From Elusimicrobiota bacterium (GTDB lineage Bacteria; Elusimicrobiota; Elusimicrobia; UBA1565; UBA9628): a stretch of DNA of 64,000 nt. The DNA is taken from assembly GCA_035533295.1 (NCBI GenBank), contig DATLUA010000002.1, positions 11,323-75,322 of the forward strand. Direction: 5' to 3'. The notes beneath the pieces were generated by a model that did not search any database, had not been told where the DNA came from, and saw nothing but the letters and a program-made list of their open reading frames with translations. The translations under genes and the position numbers were made by a program. Within the stretch, counting starts at the first letter, position 1; every line of letters starts with the position of its first letter. Shown here one piece after another: positions 10,774 through 19,832 of this stretch.

Positions 10774-12195
10774 CTAGGCCGGACCCGGATGGGCCGCGGC
10801 CAGCCGGCGCAGGAGCTCCTCGCCAACGGCGCGCACGTCTCCCGCGCCCAAGGTCAGCACCGTATCGCCGCTTTTGATGCTTTCCAAAACCGGCGCGACG
10901 CCCGGGAAGGCCGCGCAGTCAATCTTGCTGCGGACCAAGGAATCGAGAATCAGCTTCGAGCTGACTCCCGGCAGGGGTTTTTCGCCGGCCGGATAGATGT
11001 CCGTCACGTAAACGAAATCGGCGCCTTTAAACGCCGGGCCGAAATGCCCGGCCAGAAGCTTGGTGCGCGAAAAGCGGTGCGGCTGGAAAATCACCACGAG
11101 CCTTTCCCGGCGGGCGCGGCGGGATTTAGCGCCATTCCGGAGAGCGGCCAGCGTCGCCGCGATTTCGGTCGGATGGTGGCCGTAGTCGTCTACGAACTCG
11201 GCGTCCCCGACCGAGCCGAGGCGATCCAAGCGCCGGCCCACGCCGGAAAATTCCCCCAGCCCCCGGGCCAAATCCCGCGGCTCGAACCCCAAATAAGCGC
11301 CGGCGGCCATGGCCGCTAAGGCATTCAGGACATTATGCCGGCCCGGAACCCTGAGGGACACTTCGGCGGCTTTGCGGCCGCCATGAAGCGCCTCGAATCT
11401 TGAACCGCCTCGAAACAACCGCACATCGCGCGCGCGCCAGCCGGCCTTGCGATCAAAGCCGTAAGTCGAGACCGGCCGCTCGACGCGCGGCACGATAGAA
11501 GCCGCGCCGGCGTCGTCTTGGCAAATCACGGCGCAGCCGTAGAAGGGCAGGCGGTGCAGATAGTCCAGGAACGCCCGCTTCAACTGGTCCATCGATTTGT
11601 GGAAATCGAGATGATCGTCGTCGATGTTGGTCACCACGGCGGCCAGGGGCGATAGGTGCACGAATGAGCCGTCCGATTCGTCCGCCTCCACCACCATATA
11701 GTCTCCCATTCCCATGCCGGCCGCGGGACGGACGTTCTTGAGCCGCCCGCCGACGATCAGGGTCGGGTCGGCTCCGGCCGCCGCCAGCGCCAACGCGGCC
11801 ATGGAGGTGGCGGTGGTCTTGCCGTGGCTTCCCGCGACGGCCAGGGTCTTCTTGAAGCGGCAGAGCTCGGCCAGCATCTGGGCTCGCGGGATGACGGGAA
11901 TGCCCTCCCGGCGCGCGCGGACCAGCTCGGGGTTGTCCGCCGGCACCGCGGTGCTCGCGACCACGACCTGCGCGCCGCGGACGTGCGCGGCCCTATGGCC
12001 CAGCCAAACCTTGATTCCCTCCGCGGCCAGCCGCTTAAAGGCCTCGCCGCGCTTGGCGTCCGAGCCCGACACCTCGTAGCCCAGGCTGTGCAGGACCTCG
12101 GCGATGCCGCTCATGCCCGAGCCGCCGATGCCCACGAAGTGCACGCGCCGGATAAACGGCCGCATCATGTCCTCTAGGCGGGCCTTATCCGCCAT
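10774..12195 (-). CDS. murC: UDP-N-acetylmuramate--L-alanine ligase MurC
   Basis: VHFVGIGGSGMSGIAEVL..GSHGKTTATSM..DDYGHHPTEI. The start was set at the internal Met MADKARLEDMMRPF. Confidence 0.9.
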   Translation of the reverse strand: MADKARLEDMMRPFIRRVHFVGIGGSGMSGIAEVLHSLGYEVSGSDAKRGEAFKRLAAEGIKVWLGHRAAHVRGAQVVVASTAVPADNPELVRARREGIPVIPRAQMLAELCRFKKTLAVAGSHGKTTATSMAALALAAAGADPTLIVGGRLKNVRPAAGMGMGDYMVVEADESDGSFVHLSPLAAVVTNIDDDHLDFHKSMDQLKRAFLDYLHRLPFYGCAVICQDDAGAASIVPRVERPVSTYGFDRKAGWRARDVRLFRGGSRFEALHGGRKAAEVSLRVPGRHNVLNALAAMAAGAYLGFEPRDLARGLGEFSGVGRRLDRLGSVGDAEFVDDYGHHPTEIAATLAALRNGAKSRRARRERLVVIFQPHRFSRTKLLAGHFGPAFKGADFVYVTDIYPAGEKPLPGVSSKLILDSLVRSKIDCAAFPGVAPVLESIKSGDTVLTLGAGDVRAVGEELLRRLAAAHPGPA

Positions 12196-14575
12196 GGCCG
12201 CCTCCACGAGGCGAAGCCTGCACGGCGGCGGGACGCAGGAGCCAATTGAGGCCTTGGCGCGCCTCGCGGTTTTTAGGATCCAACCGAAGAACCCGGCGGT
12301 AGGTTTCCTCGGCGCCTTTTTCATCCCCGGTGATGACATAAGCCACGCCCAAGCCCAAGAGAGCCGATTCGTTCTGGGAATCCAAGGAAACCGCGCGCTT
12401 GAAAGCGTCGAGCGCCCGGCGGCCCTGGCCCAAATCCGCGCGGGCCAGCCCTTCGGCCACCCACCAGTCCGTCTGATCCGGATGGTTGGGCGGTTCGCCT
12501 ATCTGCGGCAGCGTCTCCTGCACCAAGGCCATCCAGCCCACGCCCACAATCCAGAGCCCCATGTCGTTGCCGACCTGCCGCGGCTCGTAGAGCACGTTGG
12601 AGTTGGAAGGATTTTCGCCCGAGCCAGCGCCTCCGCCGCCGGACTGCGCATCGGCGGACCGCGAACCGTCGGAAAGTTCCTGGAGCTTGTTGAAGGTCAG
12701 GTTCATGCCCAGGTGCACGTCGCTTCCATCGGGCGCCTCGGCCACGGTCTTCTGCAAATCCTGCAAAATTCCCGCTATTTGGCGCCGGCGCTCCTCGGGG
12801 CCAGCCGCGCGGATTTGGTAGCTGCGGTTGACGGCCTGGATTCCCTGGGAGGGCCCGTTGACGGCCATCTGCAGCGCGCGCTTCAACTGAGAGGAGCCGA
12901 CTTCCTGGGAAGACGGCTCGACGAGCTGCGGCTTGGGCATGAACACCGCCTGGACCTGCATGATGGCGTCTTGATCCAGGGGAATGCGCTCCAGGTTGCG
13001 CGCGAACACGCTCAAGGGATCATCCGCCGAAAGCTTGGGCATCGCGGCGCCGCCCGCTGACGGAGCCGGGGGCTCGGCGGCCCCGGATGCCGCGCCGGAA
13101 GGCGCGTTGGCGCCCCCGCTCGCGGCGGATTTCCCGGAATAGGCGACGGAAAGCTGCAGGCCCGCGCCGCCTTCCCGCGGCGTCAGGTGGAACGCGCCCG
13201 CGAAAATCTTGCGCGCCTGGGCGAAGCGGCCCTCGAAGAGCAGCACGCGCCCCAAGCGCAGGCGGGCCACCGAATCCCGGTTCTTTAGCTCCAAGGCCTT
13301 CTCAAAGCTCGCGAGAGCCGACTTCAAATCCCCGTCGCTTTCCTGGACCGCGCCCATCTCCAGCCATGCGTCCTCGAACTGCGGATTTAAATCCAGCGAC
13401 TTGCGGAACGCCGCCTCCGCGTCCTGGCTGCGGCCCAGAAGATAATAGAGCGCGCCCAGTTGAAAACGGTAGAGAGGCTCAGTGGGCGCGAGCGCCACCG
13501 CGCGGCGCAAATGTTCGAGCGCGTCGGAAATTTTCCCCAGGCTTTCCTCCAAGGACGCCAAATCCATGAACGAATCCGGGCGGTTCGGGTCGAGCTTGAT
13601 CGCCTTGCGGAACGCGTCGTAGGCTTCCTGATCGCGATCCTCGTAGGCCAGGGAAATGCCCCGAAGGATGTGGAGCTGGGCGCTGTTGGGGTTTAGCTTG
13701 AGGCTGATTTGGTATTCCTTGAGCGATTCATCCACCTCGCCCAGCCAATAATACGCCGCGCCCAGCATCATGTGCGCGTCCGCGTTCTTGGGATCCGCGG
13801 CCACCGCCCGGGAGAACCTCATCGCCGCCGTCGCGTAATGATGGTTTGAAAAATCGTCATAGCCCTGGGAGATATCCTGATTGGACTGCGCCGCCATCAT
13901 CTGATCCCAAACAGTCTGAGGCGGCTGCTCGGTCGGAAGCGCCCGCGACGGCGGCGCGCCCAAGCACAGCAGCACGCCGCCCAAGGCCAGGGCTTGCTTG
14001 ACGCGCGGCAAAATCGCCGCGAGCGCGCGGGCCCGGTGGCTGATGCGGTTTTTTTCCGCCAGGCCCATCTCGGCCAGCGTTTTTTTCTCGTCCGGCGCGT
14101 AGAACACGGGGTCGTAGCCGAAGCCTTCGATGCCACGCGGCTCAATCGTGATTTCACCCTCGAGACGGCCTTCCTCGCAGATGACCGCGCCGTCCGGCCC
14201 GGCCAAGGCCATGACGGTGCGAAAAACCGCGCGCCGAGGCGCCGGAACGCCGCGCAGCTCGGAGAGAAGCTTCTTGATGTTGGCCGCGAAATCGCAACCC
14301 GGCCCCGCGTAGCGCGCCGAATAAACGCCGGGCCGCCCGCCCAAGGCCGCGACCTCCAAGCCCGTGTCGTCGGCCAGGGCCCAGTCCCCGCAAAAACGCG
14401 CGGCCGTTTGCGCCTTCTTGCGCGCGTTGCCTTCGATGGTGGGCTGGTCCTCGTCTATTTCGGGAAAACCGGGGCAATCCTTGGGCAGGGCCAAAGCGAC
14501 GCCCAGCCCCCGCAGGGCTTCCGAAATCTCGCGGACCTTATGGGAATTTCCCGTGGCCAGAAAAAGGCGCCTCAT
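12185..14575 (-). CDS. Fusion protein: RdgB/Ham1 non-canonical purine NTP pyrophosphatase (N-terminal 200 aa) + signal-peptide-like hydrophobic segment + about 560-aa TPR-repeat region
   Basis: N-term LFLATGNSHKVREI..GFGYDPVF..NRISHRARAL is a complete RdgB. There is no stop before ALALGGVLLCLGAPPSRALP, which is followed by many TPR motifs (A..YY.LG..DEA...Y..ALKLNP). Confidence 0.7.
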   Translation of the reverse strand: MRRLFLATGNSHKVREISEALRGLGVALALPKDCPGFPEIDEDQPTIEGNARKKAQTAARFCGDWALADDTGLEVAALGGRPGVYSARYAGPGCDFAANIKKLLSELRGVPAPRRAVFRTVMALAGPDGAVICEEGRLEGEITIEPRGIEGFGYDPVFYAPDEKKTLAEMGLAEKNRISHRARALAAILPRVKQALALGGVLLCLGAPPSRALPTEQPPQTVWDQMMAAQSNQDISQGYDDFSNHHYATAAMRFSRAVAADPKNADAHMMLGAAYYWLGEVDESLKEYQISLKLNPNSAQLHILRGISLAYEDRDQEAYDAFRKAIKLDPNRPDSFMDLASLEESLGKISDALEHLRRAVALAPTEPLYRFQLGALYYLLGRSQDAEAAFRKSLDLNPQFEDAWLEMGAVQESDGDLKSALASFEKALELKNRDSVARLRLGRVLLFEGRFAQARKIFAGAFHLTPREGGAGLQLSVAYSGKSAASGGANAPSGAASGAAEPPAPSAGGAAMPKLSADDPLSVFARNLERIPLDQDAIMQVQAVFMPKPQLVEPSSQEVGSSQLKRALQMAVNGPSQGIQAVNRSYQIRAAGPEERRRQIAGILQDLQKTVAEAPDGSDVHLGMNLTFNKLQELSDGSRSADAQSGGGGAGSGENPSNSNVLYEPRQVGNDMGLWIVGVGWMALVQETLPQIGEPPNHPDQTDWWVAEGLARADLGQGRRALDAFKRAVSLDSQNESALLGLGVAYVITGDEKGAEETYRRVLRLDPKNREARQGLNWLLRPAAVQASPRGGGHGG

Positions 14576-14619
14576 GGATATGATCGAATCGTCGGCGAAA
14601 TTGTATCATTATTGCCGCG

Positions 14620-14928
14620 ATGTCGATGATGACGGCTTTGCGCTGGCGCTGTTGCCTCGCCATTCTGGCTCTGGGGTTGGCCGGGTGCGCGACGACGGGC
14701 GCCCAGGATATCAACCTCTCCGACGCGGCGCTCCAAGCCCGGGTCGAGGAGCGTCTGGCCGCGCGCAAGGACCTGGACCTGCACTTGGTGGACATCGACG
14801 TCGTCTCGCAGGTGGTGACTCTCTCCGGACTCGTCAATTCATGGCAGACCAAACAGGAAGCCGGACGCGTCGCGGCCCGCACGCCGGGCGTCCAGGAAGT
14901 CCTCAACAATCTCCTGATCCAAGAATAG
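14620..14928 (+). CDS. BON (OsmY-like) domain lipoprotein
   Basis: Signal peptide plus lipobox LAGC, then a BON domain (DAALQARVEERLAARKDLDL..VDIDVVSQVVTLSGLVNSWQTKQEAGRVAARTPGVQEV). Confidence 0.7.
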   Translation: MSMMTALRWRCCLAILALGLAGCATTGAQDINLSDAALQARVEERLAARKDLDLHLVDIDVVSQVVTLSGLVNSWQTKQEAGRVAARTPGVQEVLNNLLIQE

Positions 14929-15911
14929 CCCGCCTTCTGGCTTGGTACGACGCGCGCAAGCGTGATTTGCCCTGGCGGCGCAAGGTCGGCCCCTACTCCG
15001 CCTGGATTTCCGAAATCATGCTCCAGCAGACGACCGTCGCGACGGTCGTCCTCAAGTTCGAGCGCTTCCTGGCCCGGTTCCCAAACATTCAAGCGCTGGC
15101 CGCCGCCTCCGAAGAGGACGTGCTGGCCGGCTGGGCGGGCTTGGGCTACTACTCGCGCGCTCGCAACCTCCTGGCCGCCGCGCGCAAAATCACGGGAGAG
15201 ATGGGCGGACGCTTTCCCTCGGACTACGAAGGAATTCTCTCCCTGCCCGGTGTGGGCCGCTACACCGCGGGCGCCATCGGCTCCATCGCCTTCGGGCTGC
15301 GCCGGCCGGTCTTGGACGGCAACGTGATGCGCGTCTTTTCCCGCTGGTTCGCCGTGCAGGACAACCTCAAGGACGCCGCGACCCAGAAAAAACTCTGGGC
15401 CATCGCTGAAAAATTGGTCCCGGCCGCGCGGCCCGGCGATTGGAACCAAGCGCTCATGGAATTGGGCGCGACCGTGTGCCTGCCGGAAAATCCAAAATGC
15501 TTCGAATGCCCCGTTTCCAGTCATTGCCTCGCCTTCTCTCGAAAAATACAGGACCGCCTTCCCGTCGTCGCGGCGCGCCGGGAAGCCGTTTCTCTGCGCT
15601 GGACCTGCCTTTGGATAGAAAAAAACGGGAAAATCATTTTATGGAAAAGATCCCAGGACGAGCGTTTCTTGAAAGGGCTTTGGGGATTTCCCGAGGCGCG
15701 CCACCTGCGCGTCAAGCCCGGCGCGCTTTTAAAGACCACCGCGCATTCCATCACGCACCACCGGATCACGGCCGAACTGCGCCGCGCCTCCGCGCCGAAA
15801 AAGATTCCCGCTCAAGCCGCCTGGATCGCCAAGGAGAAGCTCAGCCGGCTCCTGGTCTCGTCGCTCTGGATTAAACTTCTCGGAAAAAACCGCAGCGCGC
15901 CCCAACTTTAA
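14841..15911 (+). CDS. mutY: A/G-specific adenine DNA glycosylase MutY (HhH-GPD + FeS cluster + C-terminal Nudix-like domain)
   Basis: LLAWYDARKRDLPWR..PYSAWISEIMLQQTTV..LPGVGRYTAGAI..C.ENPKCFECP..C. The start is uncertain: the first in-frame ATG at 14841 overlaps the BON gene by 88 nt, and no ATG/GTG/TTG lies just before LLAWYD. Confidence 0.8.
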   Translation: MADQTGSRTRRGPHAGRPGSPQQSPDPRIARLLAWYDARKRDLPWRRKVGPYSAWISEIMLQQTTVATVVLKFERFLARFPNIQALAAASEEDVLAGWAGLGYYSRARNLLAAARKITGEMGGRFPSDYEGILSLPGVGRYTAGAIGSIAFGLRRPVLDGNVMRVFSRWFAVQDNLKDAATQKKLWAIAEKLVPAARPGDWNQALMELGATVCLPENPKCFECPVSSHCLAFSRKIQDRLPVVAARREAVSLRWTCLWIEKNGKIILWKRSQDERFLKGLWGFPEARHLRVKPGALLKTTAHSITHHRITAELRRASAPKKIPAQAAWIAKEKLSRLLVSSLWIKLLGKNRSAPQL

Positions 15912-15957
15912 ACTTCCGGCGCGTTATGCTACGATGGCGTCTCAACGGAGGAGGGCG

Positions 15958-16500
15958 ATGAGAATGAATTGGTTTTCGGTGCTCGCGGGAACGTTTCTCG
16001 TTTTGCTGGGCTTGGGCATGATTCTGCAGGTCTTCGGCATCCACCTGCCTCTGGTGCGCACGGCCCTGGCCCTGCTCATCATCTACGCAGGCGTGCGCGT
16101 GCTCCTTCCCGGCTCCCGAGGCGTCTGCCGCGGCTGGACGCACAACGGCGCCGGCAGCGCGATCTTCTCCTCATCGAGCGTGGAGCACGCGGGCTCCGCG
16201 CCCGCGGAGTACAACGTGGCATTCGGCAGCCAAAAAATCGACCTGACCAAGGTCGATCTGTCCAAGGGCGACGTGCGCGTCCGCGTCAACGCGGCCTTCG
16301 GCTCGACCGAGGTCAAGCTCGACCCGGCCACGCCGGTCAAAATCGTCTTTAGTTGCGCCTTCGGCGGCGTGAAGTTCCCGGGCGGCAGCGCCGCGGTCAT
16401 CGGGACCAACACCTACAAGAGCGAGAGCTACAAGGAAGGCTCGCCCGCGCTCCTCATCGACGCCGACGCCGCTTTCGGCGAGATCAAGATTACGAACTAA
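15958..16500 (+). CDS. Hypothetical membrane protein with a beta-strand-rich C-terminal domain (VRVRVNAAFGSTEVKLD..IDADAAFGEIKIT, LiaF/DUF2154-like)
   Basis: Two predicted N-terminal TM helices and repeated AAFG.xEVK / AFGGVKF / AFGEIKI beta motifs. The family call is tentative. Confidence 0.45.
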   Translation: MRMNWFSVLAGTFLVLLGLGMILQVFGIHLPLVRTALALLIIYAGVRVLLPGSRGVCRGWTHNGAGSAIFSSSSVEHAGSAPAEYNVAFGSQKIDLTKVDLSKGDVRVRVNAAFGSTEVKLDPATPVKIVFSCAFGGVKFPGGSAAVIGTNTYKSESYKEGSPALLIDADAAFGEIKITN

Positions 16501-16510
16501 GCTTGGCCGC

Positions 16511-17671
16511 TTAGGCCCGGGCCAGCGCCCGCTCGAAGTCCGCGAGCAAATCCTCGACCGCTTCCAAGCCCACCGAAACTCGGACAAGCCCGTCCGCGAT
16601 GCGAAGCTTTCTCCGCTCGGCCGCGGGCATGCCGGAATGCGAGGTGGTCGCGGGCCGCGTGACGAGCGACTCCACGCCCCCAAAGCTCGGCGCCACGACC
16701 GGCAGACGCACGGCGCGCATGAAGCGCTCGGCCTTCTTCAAGCCCCCTTTGAGCTCGAAGCTCAGCAGCCCGCCGAAGCCGTCGAAGAGTTCGCGCGCCC
16801 TTTGGTGCCGCGGGTGGCTGCGCAGCCCCGGGTAATTGACTCCGGCCACTTTAGGATGCCGCTCCAAAAACCGCGCGACTTCAATGGCGCTGGCGTTTTG
16901 GCGGACCATCCTCACTGCCAGCGTCTTGATGCCGCGTTCGAGCAGGAAGCACGCGTGCGGGTCGAGCGAGCCGCCCAGGTGATTGAGCCGATGCGTGGCC
17001 CTCTCGACCCAGGATCTGCGGCCGATGATCGCTCCAGCCACGATATCCGAATGGCCGTTCAAGTATTTGGTGGCGCTGTGCAGCGATAAATCAAAGCCCC
17101 ATTGCGCGGGCCTGAAGTTCATCGGGCTCGCCGAGGTGTTGTCGATGAGCGAGACGATGCCGCGCTCCTTGGCGAAGCGCGCGACGGCTTCCAAGTCCCC
17201 CACCTGCAGCAGCGGATTGGTCATGGTCTCGACGTAGATGGCCTTGGTGTTGCGCTTGATTTTCTTTTTCCACGAGGCCGGTTTGTCCGCATCGATGAAG
17301 TCGCAGGAGACGCCGAAGGACTTCAAATCCCTCGCGATGAACTCGTGCGTGCCGCCGTAAAGGCAGTCCTGCGCGAGCAGGTGATCTCCCGCCGAGAGCA
17401 CGGTCAAAAGCGCGGTGGAGATGGCGGCCATGCCGCTGCCGGCCACCAAGGCGTCCTGCGCGCCCTCCAAGGCCGCGAGCTTGCGGTGCAGGGCCTGGTG
17501 ATTGGGCGTGTTGTTGAGGCGGATGTACTTGAGATCGTGGTAGCTGGTCTCGCCGAAATACTCGTAGATGGAGGACTGGAAGACCGGCATGCTCACCGCG
17601 CCCAAAATCCTGGGGTGGATGTTCCCCGCGTGAATGACCTCGGTCTCCAAACGCCTGGAATTTTTCGCCAT
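16511..17671 (-). CDS. PLP-dependent Cys/Met-metabolism enzyme (cystathionine gamma-synthase / O-acylhomoserine sulfhydrylase / Met gamma-lyase family)
   Basis: MAKNSRRLETEVIHAG.. and the HSATKYLNGHSD lysine motif. The track ORF carries a 117-aa Arg/Gly-rich N-terminal extension judged non-coding, so the start was set at ATG 17671. Confidence 0.85.
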   Translation of the reverse strand: MAKNSRRLETEVIHAGNIHPRILGAVSMPVFQSSIYEYFGETSYHDLKYIRLNNTPNHQALHRKLAALEGAQDALVAGSGMAAISTALLTVLSAGDHLLAQDCLYGGTHEFIARDLKSFGVSCDFIDADKPASWKKKIKRNTKAIYVETMTNPLLQVGDLEAVARFAKERGIVSLIDNTSASPMNFRPAQWGFDLSLHSATKYLNGHSDIVAGAIIGRRSWVERATHRLNHLGGSLDPHACFLLERGIKTLAVRMVRQNASAIEVARFLERHPKVAGVNYPGLRSHPRHQRARELFDGFGGLLSFELKGGLKKAERFMRAVRLPVVAPSFGGVESLVTRPATTSHSGMPAAERRKLRIADGLVRVSVGLEAVEDLLADFERALARA

Positions 17672-18168
17672 GGAATGACTCCTGTGTCCGCTCGTCAAGC
17701 CAGTCTTAGAGGCTGGCGGGGACGGCAGACCCGAAATCAAGATTTCCAGATCCCGCCCTTTGTTCCGCCGCCCGGCAAAATCGATTTTATCCCTTCGTTT
17801 CGGGCAGAGCGCCCCTTCGCCCTGAGTCGGATTGCCAATGGCGAGTGGGTGATTCAGGACCTTTCGGCCCCGCCGCCTGAGGCAGTCAGCCCGGCCGCCA
17901 GCGCACCCGCGCCGCAGGGCAAGGCTCTGGCCCCTCTGATTGACGCCATGCTCTTGGCAGGGAATATGACCATGCGCGGCATCGTCCGCGAGCTCCAACG
18001 CAAGGCGAGTTCCGTCTGCCACGGCCGCGATCTTCGGGCCAACGTTCGCGCCAGAATATACTGGCTAAAAAAGAGAGGCTGTAGCCCGTCGTTGCTTTTA
18101 TCCCTATAAATCCATCGCAAATATACCATGCGGATGATGGCTGGGCCTAGTAATTAACGATTTATGAT

Positions 18169-18197
18169 TTGCAAATCGTGAATCTATGCTGTATACT
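18169..18197 (+). promoter_or_regulatory. Sigma70-like promoter: TTGCAA, 17-nt spacer, TATACT
   Basis: AT-rich divergent intergenic region. The -10 element lies 6 nt upstream of ATG 18204, which suggests a leaderless transcript. Confidence 0.4.
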
Positions 18198-18203
18198 GTG
18201 GGC

Positions 18204-18743
18204 ATGAGACCCCAGCATGGCATCAAGCCGCAGGATGTGCTCATTCTGCTCAAGATCGCGTGTTGGCGAGACCGAGAATGGCGCTCGGTTGATCTTGCCC
18301 ATGAACTTCAGATCTCCCCGGCCGAGGTGAGCATGGCCCTCGAGCGGGCGCGGCGCGTGGGCTTTCTCGACCCCAAAAAGCGCAGCGTGATGAAGGCGCC
18401 ATTTCTGGAGTTTTTGCTCCATGCGGTCAAGTACGTCTTTCCCGCGGAGCCCGGTCCCCTCTGTCGCGGCATTCCCACGGCCCACTCCGCGCCGCCGTTG
18501 GCCAAGCGCATCGTGTCCGAGGAAAGCGATCAATACGTTTGGCCGCATGACGACGGCAAGGTGCGGGGTCAGGCTATCGCGCCGTTGTATGAGACGGCAC
18601 CCGCCGCCGCGCGGCAGGATGAGAAGCTTTATGAGTTCCTATCGCTCATAGACGCTCTCCGCGTCGGCCGCGCCAGGGAGCGAAACATCGCGGCCCAGGA
18701 AATCGAAAATCGGCTTAGCGAGCTCGTCCTTGAGAACAAGTAA
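18204..18743 (+). CDS. Winged-helix DNA-binding protein, possible AbiEi-like antitoxin/regulator
   Basis: N-terminal wHTH-like region (DVLILLKIACWRDREWRSVDLAHELQISPAEVSMALERARRVGFLD). Overlaps the downstream nucleotidyltransferase gene by 14 nt. An alternative start is at 18186. Confidence 0.45.
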   Translation: MRPQHGIKPQDVLILLKIACWRDREWRSVDLAHELQISPAEVSMALERARRVGFLDPKKRSVMKAPFLEFLLHAVKYVFPAEPGPLCRGIPTAHSAPPLAKRIVSEESDQYVWPHDDGKVRGQAIAPLYETAPAAARQDEKLYEFLSLIDALRVGRARERNIAAQEIENRLSELVLENK

Positions 18744-19422
18744 GAACCTGGACATGCTGTCCGTGGTCGCCCGCGGCCTTCAGGACCTCAAGGATCAAGT
18801 GGTCTTCGTCGGCGGTGCCACGGTCGATTTGTACGTCACCGATCCCGGAGGAGAACCGTTGCGCCCCACCGATGACGTGGACTGCGTGATCGGGATCACA
18901 AGCCGCGTCGCTTACCGGACTCTGGAGGAAAAACTCAGAGCCCTGAAATTTTCCCATCCGCTCGATGAGGCTCGGCCACCCATTTGCCGCTGGAAATTCT
19001 CCGGGATCTCCGTGGACGTAATGCCCACCGACGAAGGCGTATTGGGTTTTAGCAACCGCTGGTATCCCGACGGCATCGCGCACGCCGAAAGTCGGGTTCT
19101 GCCGGACGGCCAAACCGTCGCGATTTTCTCTCTTCCCTACTTCCTGGCCTCCAAGATCGAAGCATTCCTGGGGCGGGGCAAAGATGACTTTTACGGTAGT
19201 TCGGATCTGGAGGACATCGTGACGCTGATTGACCGGGCCGAAGACCTTCGCGAGAAGGTTCTGGCCGCGCCGAAGGATGTCCAGAACTATATCGGAGAGA
19301 AGTTCGGCTCTTTCCTGGGCAATGACCTGTTCGTGCAGAGCGTGGCCGGGCATCTCGACGCCGGTGCAGGGCCAGGCCGGGTGGAACGGGTTCTGGGACT
19401 CATGCGCGAGCTCGCAAAATGA
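18730..19422 (+). CDS. Nucleotidyltransferase, AbiEii/DUF1814-like (candidate type IV TA or abortive-infection toxin)
   Basis: VVFVGGATVDLYVTDPGGEPLRPTDDVDCVI matches the GG.A..L....R.T.D.D NTase signature of the AbiEii family. Confidence 0.5.
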   Translation: MRTSKNLDMLSVVARGLQDLKDQVVFVGGATVDLYVTDPGGEPLRPTDDVDCVIGITSRVAYRTLEEKLRALKFSHPLDEARPPICRWKFSGISVDVMPTDEGVLGFSNRWYPDGIAHAESRVLPDGQTVAIFSLPYFLASKIEAFLGRGKDDFYGSSDLEDIVTLIDRAEDLREKVLAAPKDVQNYIGEKFGSFLGNDLFVQSVAGHLDAGAGPGRVERVLGLMRELAK

Positions 19423-19443
19423 TTTCCACCGCTCCCGGTACTT

Positions 19444-19818
19444 TTAACGGGACACCGCCGCCTTGGTCCAGTCGAACACGATGGCCGGGTTGGTCGGATT
19501 GTAGGCCGCGTCGCACATCGAGGCGTTGATGAACGCGGTGTGCTCGTTCTTCGTGATGCCGTAGCCTTCATGCACGTGGCCGAAGATATGGTACTTCGGC
19601 TTGATCCTCTCCACGGCGGCCAGGAGGTCCGCGCAGCCGACGCGCTCTGTCTTTCCGTAGGAGGGGATGTCGTCGCCATGCCCGAGAGGCGGGCCATGAG
19701 TCAGAAGGATAGGGGAGCCGACGTCCGTCATGTCGCCGGCGTGGATGAAGACGTCGCCCTCCGGAATGGGCAGCCGATCGTGCATCGTGTGGGTGTCCGA
19801 GACGCAAACGAACCGCAT
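19444..19818 (-). CDS. Small metallophosphoesterase (calcineurin-like)
   Basis: MRFVCVSDTH.., ..VFIHAGDMT.., ..GHVHE motifs. Confidence 0.65.
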   Translation of the reverse strand: MRFVCVSDTHTMHDRLPIPEGDVFIHAGDMTDVGSPILLTHGPPLGHGDDIPSYGKTERVGCADLLAAVERIKPKYHIFGHVHEGYGITKNEHTAFINASMCDAAYNPTNPAIVFDWTKAAVSR

Positions 19819-19832
19819 AATCTGCCGCCGTT

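Noticed and set aside
14364-14840. 5' part of the 515-aa ORF upstream of mutY
   Set aside because: It overlaps the BON lipoprotein gene in another frame and precedes the conserved MutY N-terminus. Its composition is non-protein-like.
17700-17760. Confident SAM-II riboswitch call in the met leader
   Set aside because: It has a loose resemblance (UGGCUUGAC-like segment) but I cannot match the consensus from memory, so it is left as a hypothesis only.
16511-18022. 503-aa version of the Met-metabolism gene (extra 117-aa N-terminus)
   Set aside because: The extension is Arg/Gly-rich with no similarity. The homologous core starts exactly at the ATG at 17671.
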